Of a stretch of DNA of 64,000 nucleotides, positions 39,859-52,200 are shown piece after piece. The position numbers were made by a program, and so were the translations under genes. The notes beneath the pieces are model-generated. The model saw nothing but the letters and a program-made list of their open reading frames with translations. It made no database searches and was not told the origin of the DNA. Numbering within the stretch: position 1 is the stretch's first letter; each line of letters begins with the position of its first letter. Source of the stretch: Phoronis australis (taxonomy: Eukaryota; Animalia; Phoronida); NCBI GenBank assembly GCA_002633005.1, contig NMRA01000309.1, positions 214,511 through 278,510 on the forward strand, written 5' to 3'.

Positions 39859-42475
39859 GACGCCTAAAGTCGATTGTGCTTGGAGTATTAGGGTCCAGCT
39901 TGGGAAATTCGCTGCATTAGGGCCATGCTTTGGAAGTACAAATAGGTTGAAAGGGTGCCTTAGGGGCGGTTTTAAAAACCTTTGTTGAAACACTGGTACC
40001 CGAGTTTCTGGCGACTACCTCCCGGGAGGCAGGTTATAAAGAACCGACAGAATTTCCTCAGTCGAATTCTTTAGAAGGTTACTTCAAATTGCTAAAAGTA
40101 TCTAGTGCGCTTTGCTGTTTGGAGGTTCGAAGATATAGAATTCGCTCATAAGTTCAGCCTGTGTCTAAGTTCATTGAAGCGTCACCAATTTCGTACAAAC
40201 CAGCTTATAATTGCTATAAACATGTGAACTCGAAATCAATGAATCGTTGAATGTTACCAGAGTAAAATTACCTTGGCATTTTGGGCGTCACATTTGAGTT
40301 AACTGAAGGCAAACTTTTGAAATCTATAATTCACTATCTACAATTTGTAGGCAATTCCCGAAAGCACACGCGTTCATAAATGATGGGCAACAGGGGAGAG
40401 CAAGGGAAGCGGCGCATACCACGGGGGCTGGGGGGACCCTACCCAAGAAATTTTCGGAATCTGTTCGTGAACGTGAATTCTGATTCATTCCTGTGTGAGC
40501 AAAAGAATGCATTTCAGGAATCGCAGATACGAAAAATCATACTCCCGACAATGTGATTGACATGTCCGAGTGTACAAAGAAAAACTACCCCATCATCAAC
40601 AATTTTTTCTTAATCACGATCTTCAAAAGAATTAAATGAACAGCGCAGGGAAATAAAGGGGCAATAGCCCTGGCCGGTCCTGAAAGTGGACCCCAAAAAC
40701 GCCATACGCTACAGAATAGAAAGATTGACAGTTAATTACACTATGAGCTGAGCCTCACTGAAATGAAAGGTTGTACAATTTCACAAAAAAACGAAAAAGA
40801 GAAGAATTGATTCCTTTCTTGGACCCCTACGGTGAGCGGTTCTAAAAGGACTTCATAGGTTTACGACCGAAAACGCATTTTAGAAATTATTGTTTTTACC
40901 TTTGACCATAGCTACAAAATAACAAACCATTTGTGTTATTTTGTGATGTTTTTACAACCCTCCGTTGTCTGCCAGATGTTCGATGAAGTCAATGAGGATA
41001 TCTTCATCATTTAAATATGCTTATATTACTGTGCTATTTTCTACGTGCCATTTGGTTAGAAGCGGCAAAGCGTTCGGCTGCTATTGTGCAGCTAACGGGC
41101 TCTATAGCGCGCTACTTCTCATTCCGCGAAAATAACCTTTCTCGTAGAGAACGTCCCTCAAGAAGAAATGGTATGAAAAAACAAGAGAAGAATGCCGATG
41201 GATGCCATAAACGGTGTCCTTCCAATGACTGGGTCCCTAAACATGAAAGAATATTAGCAGCATGATGCCACCCGATCACAGGCCCTCTCGTCAGGTTCCA
41301 AATTTATCCACGATTTCAAGAAATAACGGAAACAAGAGAAAGAGAGAGACTGACGACCATAATCCCTTGCCTGAGAGGGTTTCCTGTTGAAATGCAGTTT
41401 CTCTTTTGTTTTAAACATCCGAATAATTAATTTGCTCTTGAGAAACTGTGCATATCAAATTTCTCGGACGTTTTTGAAGTATGTTGAATTATTAAGAGCA
41501 TAATTTCAAGTGCATTTAGGTAATCTAACAAAAATGTTCTGGACGGGGACCCATTAATGATAAATCCAAATCTTCTCCTAAAATTCGTGTCTTCTACGTG
41601 ATTCTTTGTGTCTTTTTTTCTAAACTGACCCTGACCCAACGCCTGTGCCATACACTAAAACTCACCAGGCCTTTGTTATCCCGGGAGTCAATCAGGCCTA
41701 CAATGGACAAGTAGGGACGTACCGGTTCTTTTTCACCATTTTCATATAAATTTGTCGTGTCAGTTTAAAGTGGTTACGAAAATTGGATAGGAGATCGTTA
41801 GTTTTGCTTGCTATAAGTTTCAGTTTGATAATCACCGTCTGTGAGACTGTCTTCTTGACGTGGTCTTTAATTTAAAAAGTCGGCACGTGATATTACGAAC
41901 CCAATCCTGGTTAACAACCGGGATAACAACCTTCATCTTCCCCAAGGATAGGGTGTTAGTTGGGTAGACTTTTTCTATTTAGGTCATGTTTGATGGGCGG
42001 CGCACTGACAGGGGACTGGGGGCTACAGCCTCCCTCAATGCTGCGCCTGCATGGACATGGAGCACGATCTAGCCCAGCCGGTTGTGCCCAGCTAGTATAA
42101 ATATCGCATCATTTGCAACCTCAGCTACCCTAAACAGACAACTGCCTCCGGGTTCTGTATAGTACAATGAATGGAAACCAATGATATCTTCATATTCCAG
42201 TGATGTTGGTTAACATCTGTTTTGATTATTTTAAACTCGTTTTCAGTGATGTCGTTTGCTTGTGTGTGTGTAAAATTCAACACCAGAGTTGTTTTGGCTA
42301 AGTCCTGGCTTTTAAATTAAGATCTTGTTGTGAGTATTTTCAAAAACCAGGATGAAATTCAACAGAGCAACCCTTTCTGTTGGTAGGATAAAATCTTCAT
42401 GACCCCGGATTCATTATATCACATTAAATAACATGTTACCTGTCTGTTTTGCGATGATTCAAAGTTTGTTATTCG

Positions 42476-42483
42476 TGACGTCA
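42476..42483. promoter_or_regulatory. Full CRE palindrome upstream of the short-isoform start
   Basis: TGACGTCA about 260 bp upstream of the ATG at 42745. An 8-mer can occur by chance in 64 kb, so only its position supports it. Confidence 0.3.
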
Positions 42484-42744
42484 TCTGATGTTATCGTCTA
42501 GTTCTGCACTATTTTATTAGAGTTGGCAATGACAAGCTTAAAATCTATAATGATTTTGTTTATACCATAGATATTTGAATTTTTTATATCAACTCGCATA
42601 GAACGTTTAAAAAAGCATCTACCATTATTTTGTGATGATTTTGGAAATCTAAATTGTTGGATATCCTTGCGCCACGTTTTAGCGGATGAATCACACACAT
42701 CAAGTACGTAAAGAGGATCAGGAATCCGACAGTTCAAAACTAAT

Positions 42745-42915
42745 ATGGCGACGGCTACGTTCAGCTGTCGGGTGCAGTTCCTGGACGATACAGATCCGTT
42801 TTCAAGTACAAACTTTCCCGAACCAACTCGTCCTCCACTTTACTCGTTTTTAATTAACGTCCCACTTATCAATCAAATTGCTGGTGTTAGAAGGCTTCTT
42901 CGCTCTCCACATCGG
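42745..42915 (+). CDS. FHOD: FHOD-family formin (FHOD1/FHOD3/Fhos), canonical short-isoform first coding exon
   Basis: MATATFSCRVQFLDDTDPFSSTNFPEPTRPPLYSFLINVPLINQIAGVRRLLRSPHR closely matches the remembered FHOD3 N-terminus (CRVQFLDDTDPF.STNFPEP.RPP). Ends at a GTAAGT donor, phase 0. Confidence 0.97.
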
Positions 42916-43251
42916 GTAAGTTATCATAACTTGAAGTTGAGAGAATCCTCTGGGAGTCTGGGACTTCGTCTTCGACTCTGGCCCGTGTGTGAGAAGTTCG
43001 TGTTATTGTTCACCTGTATAAATTACCGTGACGAAGCGTGGTCAGTTGTGATGTCCGTCTTATTTCATTCAGTGTTGTTGTTTTTTTCTTTTCATGACCG
43101 CTTTTGCCTTTTTTCATAAATTCTGATTGATTGAAATAGTAAACAAACTTTCCGAACGAAATGCAGTTATTTTGATTTGCACATTTGCGGTCCGTGCCCT
43201 AATCTAATGTTTGCGGTTCATAGTCAACGAGTTCTTGTGATTGTGTTCTAG

Positions 43252-43373
43252 TTGGAGGATTGCGCTCTTCAGCTATACAAATACACTGGCAATCAGGGAG
43301 ACTATGGGAATTACTTGGACTTAGAATTGGCTCTCGAGGAACAAGGGGATGAACTTGAGGGCTTCGATCAAGA
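43252..43373 (+). CDS. FHOD: FHOD formin shared exon 2 (LEDCALQLYKYTGNQGDYGNYLDLELALEEQGDELEGFDQ)
   Basis: Acceptor TGTTCTAG, donor GTAAGT, phase 0 to 2. Contains the conserved L.DC.LQL, YLDLE..L.EQ..ELEGF motifs. Confidence 0.96.
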
Positions 43374-44661
43374 GTAAGTGTTATGTGTTGCCTTGCCTTG
43401 CTAGTGCTTTTGTTTATCTTGGTTATATTGGGTATTAAAAATGTTTTGAGTGAACTTGAGCAAGTTGATATTTATGTTTAAGAGGTTTATATGAAAGGAA
43501 CCCACACTGGGAATCTACACTGCTTCTGATGTCTGTCTGTGAAGTACTGTAACTCTATGGTTCTTAGGAAAGTTACTAAATTATCATTGGGATTTTTGTG
43601 TTATCTTTCTACAATTTTCTATCTTCTTGTTTCACATATTCGTAAAAATAGGATGAGTGGAATGTAAAAACTTATGAATGAAAGCTGTAGTTCTTGGATT
43701 TTTAAGAGCTAACTTAAAATTCATCAGAGAACGAAGTTGACGTGCCGAAAGGTTGTTACCTGAATAATTCAGTGCATGTGAAATTTTTCTGTGTATTTAA
43801 GTTCTGCTCGAATTTAAACACAGTAAACTGACCATAACTTCTTGCCTGCAACCCTCTGTTGACTTCAATTAACTTCTCAAAGATCCAGTATTAACCAATA
43901 TTGCTTCCTGGCATGATTGCTTGCACATGTCTGGGAGTCTATTTGCATTCACCTTTGCTGTTCTGTCTATCCTGAATATGGTATCAGGTTTCACTTTATT
44001 TGCTGGAAGGGATTAGGGTTCAGTGTTAGGGGAGGCACTCCACACTTCATTGTAGGGCATTTGATGCAAGGGTGGGAGGGTTCCTTCTTATGAAAGCTCA
44101 GTAGTATCAAATTTCTGTTTGTAGTATTTAATTTTTTAACTTTGCACAAAGCTGCCGCTAATTGGGTCACTTGGCCATGTCTTTTTAACAAAATTAAGCA
44201 AAAAATAAGTTGCATTCTTAGCAGATCAATTCTATTAACTACATGACCATAGTTCTTCTGATTCAAAAGTTCAAGGTGAAATTACAAAGACTTCACAGTT
44301 TTCTAAATAAACCTTTCATTTTCATTTTTGCAACTTTTTTCAAAAATTTCAAAAGCCCTATTTTTGATAGACTCTTGTGAAAAAGTGAAACATTTTTTTT
44401 AGGCAGGGCATAAAACACAGTATTTGAAAAGTTTCATTTGAAATCTGATCGGCTATTTCTGACATGATATTCAGTGTCTCACATGACCTTAATTTGACCA
44501 GCTGCTTTATGGCTGTGAATCAGTTGGCAACGAAAAAATGTTTTATCTGCTCATGGTAAGCACTTTGATGATAAGTAGGATTAGGAAAAACAGAGCATTG
44601 GTATTTTTTGAATGTGTAAATTTTGTTGCTGGATGAAGCGAAACTGATCTTTGAAGACTAA

Positions 44662-45113
44662 AGTACCATCCACACACTGACTTACTCTAGAAGAAGTCAC
44701 TACTGAAACCAGTTGTCGCCAGGTTTAAATGCTGTGTGGATGCTATTTAGTACACCTCACTTGTGACAACTTACTCCACCTTATCCAGGTAGGGTAACTT
44801 GTTCTAGGGTAATTTGCACCACTTCTAATCTAATGGTTGTTTGGCTGCAAACCTGGGGCCAGGTTACATAACAGACAGGTCTGCCCTATTGGCATCAGCT
44901 GTTCATTGTCATGCACAGATCGACAACTTCCCCGTTACCCCAGTTAGCGTTACCCTAGTTTTGGGTGGGTGTGTTTGTACGTGCGTGTACGTGTGTGTGC
45001 GTGTGCATGTGTGTGTGCGTGTGTGTACGTTCGTGTGTGGATGCTCCACTCAAAAGTGGGGTAAGTTGCACTACTGCAAGTTGTTCTAGGGTAAGCTGTG
45101 TGTGAACGGGACT
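44662..45113. mobile_element. PIF/Harbinger-like MITE containing a (GT)n tract
   Basis: Left end AGTACCATCCACACACTGACTTACTCTAGAAGAA vs reverse-complemented right end AGTCCCGTTCACACACAGCTTACCCTAGAACAA. TAA lies on both flanks (44659-44661, 45114-45116), with repeated GGGTAA/TTACCC internal motifs. Confidence 0.7.
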
Positions 45114-46399
45114 TAAAGGACATTGCCTGTCCATGTCTGTTGGAACTGTTATTGGTCTGCACTCCTATTTTGGTTGATTCTAGTTCATATCAGTCTGATG
45201 TTCAATGATCATCAGACTGATATCACTCTGATCATCATACTCGGGATTATTCCTGGAAACTTCTTTTGATCATGTCAAATGTGAGTGTAAAATATGTTGT
45301 TCATTTATGTGCATAATTATCAACCATTTATATCGTATCATTGGCATGAATTCATAAAAACGAGTTTATATAAAAATAAATGATACATTGGAGAACAGTG
45401 TTGATTTGTAAAGTGTATGTTTCTCAGAAAGTTATAGATACCCGTCTAATTATTTACTGCCTCAGTGCACGTGGAAGTTTCAACTGGCTGTAATGTAAAT
45501 TCTGTTACCTGCATTTGTCTTGCGTTGATTTCACTCTTGTTTTTGTTGATTTGCATTTGTGAATTACCATCACTTACAACTAGAAACGTATGCCAACAAT
45601 CCAGGGTATATTCTGCTCATTTTTTACTAGAAATCCACGCCCTTGTCACACAACCGGTATTTCCACTGTGATTTTGTTGTCTTTCCAATCTTTGCTTAGA
45701 CTGGAGACTCTAATATTAGCTGGCATTGTTGTATGTTTTGGAAGTATAATTAAGTGTTGTTGGTGTACTACAGTCCTCTTGAGTAGGAGATAAGCCATGG
45801 GGTCTCAGAATTGATTAAGCAATGTTGTCTTATAGGGAAATTTGGCGTGTCAAATTTCTCAGCCGAATCTCAGCTGTATAAAACTTCCTACATTAGTTTA
45901 TGGTATTCTGCAACTGTGTAAAGACTTGGCCAAGTTTTGGGCGATATGCAGCGACATAGTCTGCTTTTGTACTGTAGTGCTTCAGTATAAGATGGATGGT
46001 TTGCTGTGGTATTGTGTAGTAATGGGGCTTTACTATTAGCCATGATGTTTTCTTTAGATATATATGTCTGCTTAGGAATCCCCCTGCATTGAGTTCACTC
46101 ATTCACTCCAATGTTTGGCAATGCCTGTGATATAATACAACTGTGCACTACATTGAAGGCTGTTACCCTTAGTGTAGCAGTCTCTGTACTTTGTGGCTCC
46201 ATTTATCATAGGAGTTTGTAAAAGCAGTGCACATTTGTGTTTTGTATGATGCTGTGTTACAAGTGTCTGTCCTAATCCATGTAACTTTGACACTGTGGAA
46301 TTGACACCGTGTCATGCCAAAAGTTGCTACCTGTTTTGAGGTGGTGCACGTTTGCGCCCAATCATCTTGAAAATACAAAATGTCATACCCTCACTTAAA

Positions 46400-46645
46400 C
46401 GCATCACACCCTGAGATGGCCGCATCACACCCTGAGACGGCCGCATCACACCCTGAGGCAGCAGCATCGCACCCTGAGACAGACGCACTCTTTAATACCT
46501 GCGTCACACTTTCGCACACCCACATCACACCCTCACCCCCATCACACCCTCAAATGCCCACAACACACCCTTATACCCACATCACACACGACACCCATCC
46601 CACACCCACATCACACCCACATCACACCCTCACACACCCACATCA
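46400..46645. repeat. 21-bp tandem repeat (4 copies) decaying into a CA-rich low-complexity tract
   Basis: Unit CGCATCACACCCTGAGACGGC at 46400-46483, followed by CACATCACACC-like repeats. Confidence 0.85.
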
Positions 46646-48425
46646 GGACCTCACATTCCTACATCACGGCCTTACATACTACTATTTTTTGTGATATCGT
46701 ACACTTGCCTTTAGTAGACTTCTGAGAGAACACTTATCGCCATGACAACATTTTGTCTGTATTTCATATTTGTTCCCTGTTTTCATGTGTGCTGCTTCTC
46801 TTCCAATTTCATCTTCAGAATAGAAGTACATGGTTCCCTGTTCAACGCATGCTAAAGTCAGAAGTATGTTATTTTGGGGTGGCCATGATGGGCTGTTCAT
46901 TTTAATGCTCAAATGATTTGTCACAAGCGTGTCATGTGGTTAACAACATTTACAAAGTTACATAGTTACGACACTAACACGCAGCCATTTCTCATTGGAG
47001 TTTGGAAACTGTGTTATTAACATTCAATAGTCAAATATGTTATCTACAGCAAACATCCTTGTGAAACATTTGACAATTCGAACTTTGTACAAGTGTGGTA
47101 GTTTTTTACTTTCTGATTGACACAATCTAAAAGCTGACAACTTGTACCGTGGCCAAAAATTCCCCGTCCATGTCGGGATGAAGATGTGCTGTGTAAAAGA
47201 TGTAGATAATTGTTACGGGTTCAAGGGTTTTTGATTACTCTGTCTCTCTCGTGCCTGGAAAAAGTTCACCTGATGTTGGACCTAGGTAGAAAATGTGTTG
47301 AAAAATATTTACTTCTGGGTTTAGTCTCCAGGTGGCTAATTGTAATTACAGACATTGGAATTTTGTGAATTTTGTGCTTATCAGTTGGGCTTCAATGTAT
47401 TCTATCATTTATGCAGTCAGACTTGAATGCTGGTTGATGGCCCTCTCCCCTTAGTTCGAGGCTTTGGTGGGGGTAGGGGAAGACTGGTCAGTGTGGACTC
47501 TGAATTTGATCTTGGCATGGAAGTGAAAGGCACAAGATTTCTTAACAGTTACAAACAGATGGATTGAACAGTGATTCAGGAGTGTGCAAATGTCCCTACA
47601 GTGAAAAGACATATCCTTATCAACAATGGCATGTGTTGGGTTAAAAAGCATACCGTAGATGTTTCTTCAAATATTCACCATTGCACTACTGCAAGCATTT
47701 TTAATTCAGTGCTTATCTTTGATTTTAAAGTCATACCCTTGAGATAACTCACTGATCCTTGATTTCACAAAGTCAGATCCAACAGGACCTGTTTCAAGAA
47801 ACTTTATACTATATAATCAACATCTGTAGCATTGCCAAATGATTTAATGCTGTCTGTATCATGTGAGCTAACAAACAACTTTTAGGAGTCTTAAATGGAG
47901 TTTTTCTTGGTTTGGTACCATATCTTCTCATGATTGTAAAGCATTGCTTGAGGGTAATGTTAATTGCCCTTGAGTCAGAGGTTGAAATGTATTTGCTCTT
48001 TGCAATTTGATTCTGTGTGGATTTGTTGCCTTATCCACCAATAAATCTGTTATTTTTAAACCACACCAATATCTATCTGTCTGGTTTGTGGATGCAGCCT
48101 ATTGGAGCAGTAAATGTGCTTTTAACATTGTTCCCAATCAACGTTTGTGGACAATTATCTAAAGATTTCCACCATCAGTAATTGGAGAAGAGGGTAGTTT
48201 TCAACTGTATGCGAATGGAAAAAAGTGCTCACAGGAAGTGAGTTTATCTTTACATCCTACACAGTTGATGCATTTTAGTGAATCTAAGTAAGTGCTTAAA
48301 TTGGTGAATACCACCATAAGGCTTTTCAGCTTTTTGATTGGTTCACAGTTTTCGTCGGATTCTAGTGCATATCATACGGTGTAGAATATATCCTTGCTAT
48401 AACTATAAACTGTCTTTCGTTTCAG

Positions 48426-48484
48426 CCGCAAGAACACCATCATCCTCAGGACACAACTGTCAGTGAGAGTTCATGCTTGTATAG
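48426..48484 (+). CDS. FHOD: FHOD formin exon 3 ((D)RKNTIILRTQLSVRVHACI)
   Basis: Acceptor CTTTCGTTTCAG, donor TAG|GTGAGA, phase 2 to 1. Contains the conserved IILRTQLSVRVHACI motif. Confidence 0.97.
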
Positions 48485-48968
48485 GTGAGATGCGTTTAAT
48501 TTAATAAATTAATTGAAACCAAAGTTCATTCTGCTTACATTTTAATTTTTCGCAAATTTCCTGTTACTTAAAGCACGTGGCCATTTGTTAAGTTGTGATC
48601 TTTGTTCCTGGGCTCGGTGGCATAATCGTTATAGGCTACCGTAGATAGCATCAGTGACGTCGCATCATCACGAATCAAGATGCTATTGTAAAACAATGTG
48701 CTTGATGTCGTATAACAATCAAAGTTATCTAGTGTATAAGTTGTAAAGTTTTATGCAACCCAGCCCTGGTACATATCTTTTGCTTGATGGTAGAATCCTC
48801 TCTTTGCCTCGTTAAATCTATGAACAGACCGTCACGAGTTGAGAAATCTTTATGCTACAAAGCAGATCTCACTCTACAGACAGCACTGAACTGTAAACCT
48901 GTGGTCCTGTAAAACATCCCAGTCCCCACTGGTTAACAGCAAAACTTTGTCAAAACTGCATAGTCCAG

Positions 48969-49202
48969 GGGCCTGTTCAAAGAAACTGACTTAAGTTCAT
49001 TTTTGACTTAAGTCTAAGATTTGTCTTAACTTCCAAATTTTGAAACTTCCACAATTGGAAGGATAGTAAAAATGGAGACAAAATTCAGGCAAATTTGAGA
49101 TCCCTTTCCTAAATTGGTTTTGAAACAAATTTAATTGTTATTTTAAAATTTACGAAAATTTAAAATTTGTCTTAGCTAAGTCAGTTTTGTTGGAATGGGC
49201 AG
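48969..49202. mobile_element. Harbinger-like MITE (CTTAAG-motif family), copy A
   Basis: Left end GGGCCTGTTCAAAGAAACTGACTTA vs right end TAAGTCAGTTTTGTTGGAATGGGC, with CAG on both flanks. Similar to 56327-56518. Confidence 0.6.
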
Positions 49203-52200
49203 CAGATTATTAGGTTATATATTGTTACTGGCCCATATAGGCCCAATCTGTTGTCCTGTGACAGTTCTATTACATGTCCCAGTGTTCTCTCAGCTGGTCT
49301 GGTCTCCATGTGTAAAGTACATGATTGTTCCAGCATCTGTTCATGTCCTCAGCACTGTCATCGGACATGCTCAATTAGTGTCAAGTGCTGCAGTGAATAA
49401 CTGTCCTGTTTTGAACCAGGCAACAGGGCAAGAGAGACAGTGTCTTGTGAAAACTGTAGGACATTGACTCCACTCCCTGACTTCTTCAGTTATAATCATC
49501 ACTGGCACGTGGCAATCTGGGAGCACTTTGCAATGAACAGGGGTGGTTAACAGAGAATTGAAACTGGGTTCGTTAGGGGGTTGCTTTTTTGCTGCAAGGG
49601 GACCATGGCCCCATTGTGCCATTCTGTGGCTACACCGTGTGACCTAAACTGTCTTCTTTGTATTGCTGAAAAGTTACTTATAGTTCTTTTTATTTAAAGT
49701 TCCTAAATTTTTCAAACAAGGTGATTTTTTCAAGACAAAAGTATGGGGCTACCATTTTTCTGTTTTTCCATAAACAATTTTTCTTCATAGTTCATTTTAA
49801 GGGTGTATGTTGGGCCGTTGATGAAATTGTTTTATATTTTTGTTAAAATGTATTCTTTCTGAATTGCTTTCCAGGGGAACTAATTAATCTTTAGAGTCTT
49901 CTTCCTATTTGGAATTGTTAGGCTATTATGTGAAACATGTCAGTTGATCTAGTTTACATTCTCCATAAATTTATCACAGGAAATGCCAATTTGAAGTGTG
50001 CCTTTAAAAGTGTACTCGTTGACCCAGCTGTTGGGTGCAATCGTGATATTTAAACTTAGTACCTGAATAAGAATAAATATTTTGACATACCGCAGTATTA
50101 TTGTTAGCTGAGAGAAGGTTTTGTGAATTTCTGATTACATGTTTAAATGGTACAATGTTGCTCTGTTGTAGCCAAGGTCATTTTTTAAACCTTCAATTTA
50201 AATGGAGAAACTAGGGAAACTTTAACTCAGAAAACTGTAGAATTTTTAAATAGGGTGTATTTACTTGTTAAATACAGTTCAGTATGGTTTCACACTAGTT
50301 GATAGCTGTTGTACATGTCTTATTTCTGTTAAAGCTGATTACTATTTCAGCCTCTGTCTTTCTGACCTGATAGGATGATTTACAGACTGGCTGCATTTTG
50401 TAAACATAGGATGACCTTTAAGTTGTGAAATAGCATAAACATGCAACTTGTGGCATTCTGAAATTCTCAGTTGCTTGTCCTTGTGTTTGTCTGTAGTTCA
50501 GTTCAAGAATCTTGTTCACTTGGAGATTGGCCATACCCAGACAACAAGTCCAAGGAAAGACTTCCGCTTGTAATAAGAAGAATCTTCAAGCACCGTTAAT
50601 GCTCTTCTATTTTCTATTGTCATGGGAGTCACTGTCAGCTTTGGTCCAGCAGGTCCAAACACCTGTGGTGACTTGCTGACCCAGGGGTCACCCACAACTA
50701 TTTGTACATTACATAACCACCATTCTTCAGTCAATCAAACACCAATTTTCAATTGTTTATGACTGTTTTGATATCCACCAAATATTTGCCACTAATAAAT
50801 ACCTAGGTAGTCCCCTGTCTGAAATGGATGGATAGTAAACAGGCATGTTTTGTGGTTGTTATCTCTTTGAATCATTTCCCTGATAGGTATTTATAAATTG
50901 CTTATTCACTGGTATGTTAACCTGCAGACATACCTTATCATTATCCCTACAATGTCTGGTATTATCTCATTAGTGGTGCAAACTAGGCCCAATGCCCCAA
51001 CAAAGGGGCCAGGGGACATGTAAGCATTCAGAAAAAAACATTTGTGATGCTTATTAATTTTCATCATGTGGCTTAAATTGCCCCCCCCCCTGCCATTTCT
51101 CCCTTTTAACTGCTTTGTTTTTAACACTTTTTGCTATCTAAAAATTAATAAAAATCAAGTTTTCTTACATAAATATTGGTACTGTGGTTCATGTTTAACT
51201 TTCTATGTATCTCAGGCAGCTTTTATTTTCGTTTTCTCAAATTTTAAGATTGACTAAAATATATTTTGTATGCTGTCTGTTCTGAAAATAATACTGGACT
51301 TAGGATTAATTGTGAACATTCTCATAGCATGTGGCTTCAATCAGGTGAATTTGTGATCACCAAATACTGTCAAATGATGCTGTCGCAAAGTTGAACCTTA
51401 CTTGTGTATATAAAAAGTTTCGAGGAAAAATAGATTTCTCTGCGAAATCCTTTTTGTTAGTAATTTTTTCTCACAGTATGCCTTTCAGTTTGATGTTGCC
51501 AAGAACTTAATGTCCTTTCAAAATTAATGCAGCATCACGATTTCATACAGGGATAATATAGAATTGCACCCAACTGATATTGGAGTACAGGGAAATTCTC
51601 TAGTAATTGGCATAACAAATAATTGGCACAGCAATTTGTTGTGCCGTTTCCAATATTGTTTATTTGTGTGTCTGAGTCATACTAAGTCGCCTGTGTTATC
51701 TGGTCACCACTAACAGGATTTAGAAACAGTATTTCATCTTTCTAGGTGAAGCAAGCTTTTTGCAGAATCATTCTGTGAGCCACTGGTTTAAACCCTGACT
51801 CGATAATTTTACATTGTGCAACAGATAATCATGTTTACAATAAGACTGATGACAAATTGACAAATTTATGTCTTGTAATAAGACCTGGTTTCCTTTTCAC
51901 ATGGAGAAAGTTGAGCCTTTGTTTTCAAATAATTCTTCCCATTTTTTAGTTGTCCAAGTTAATCGCCCTAGGTCTGGTCTGGTAGGTGTTCAAGTGTTTA
52001 AGTGTTTTGAATTCCAAGAAGAGTAGAAATGCTAAAGTATATTTAATCTTGTTATTTCTTGTCAACACATTAGTGGAATTTTATGCCTGTTGCTTAAACA
52101 GTTATTGTTGAAACTTACTGAAAACTGTGATTTCAGGTAATTTCCTAAACTAGTGGGTTCAAGCATAATTTTTGTTGCCTTCTCAACTTATCACATGGGT

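Noticed and set aside
39656-39988. ORF with repeated KLSIISYNFGV peptide
   Set aside because: It is a by-product of a 33-bp minisatellite, with no ATG start or exon support.
42916-43119. C-terminal part of the listed 124-aa ORF
   Set aside because: It is read-through into intron 1 past the GTAAGT donor; FHOD similarity resumes only at 43252.
45210-45223. Resemblance of ATCAGACTGAT to part of vertebrate miR-21
   Set aside because: The match is short, the 5' seed is absent, the hairpin is too small, and the context is invertebrate-like.
46380-46694. His/Pro/Thr-rich 104-aa ORF
   Set aside because: It is a translation of the 21-bp repeat and CA-rich simple sequence.
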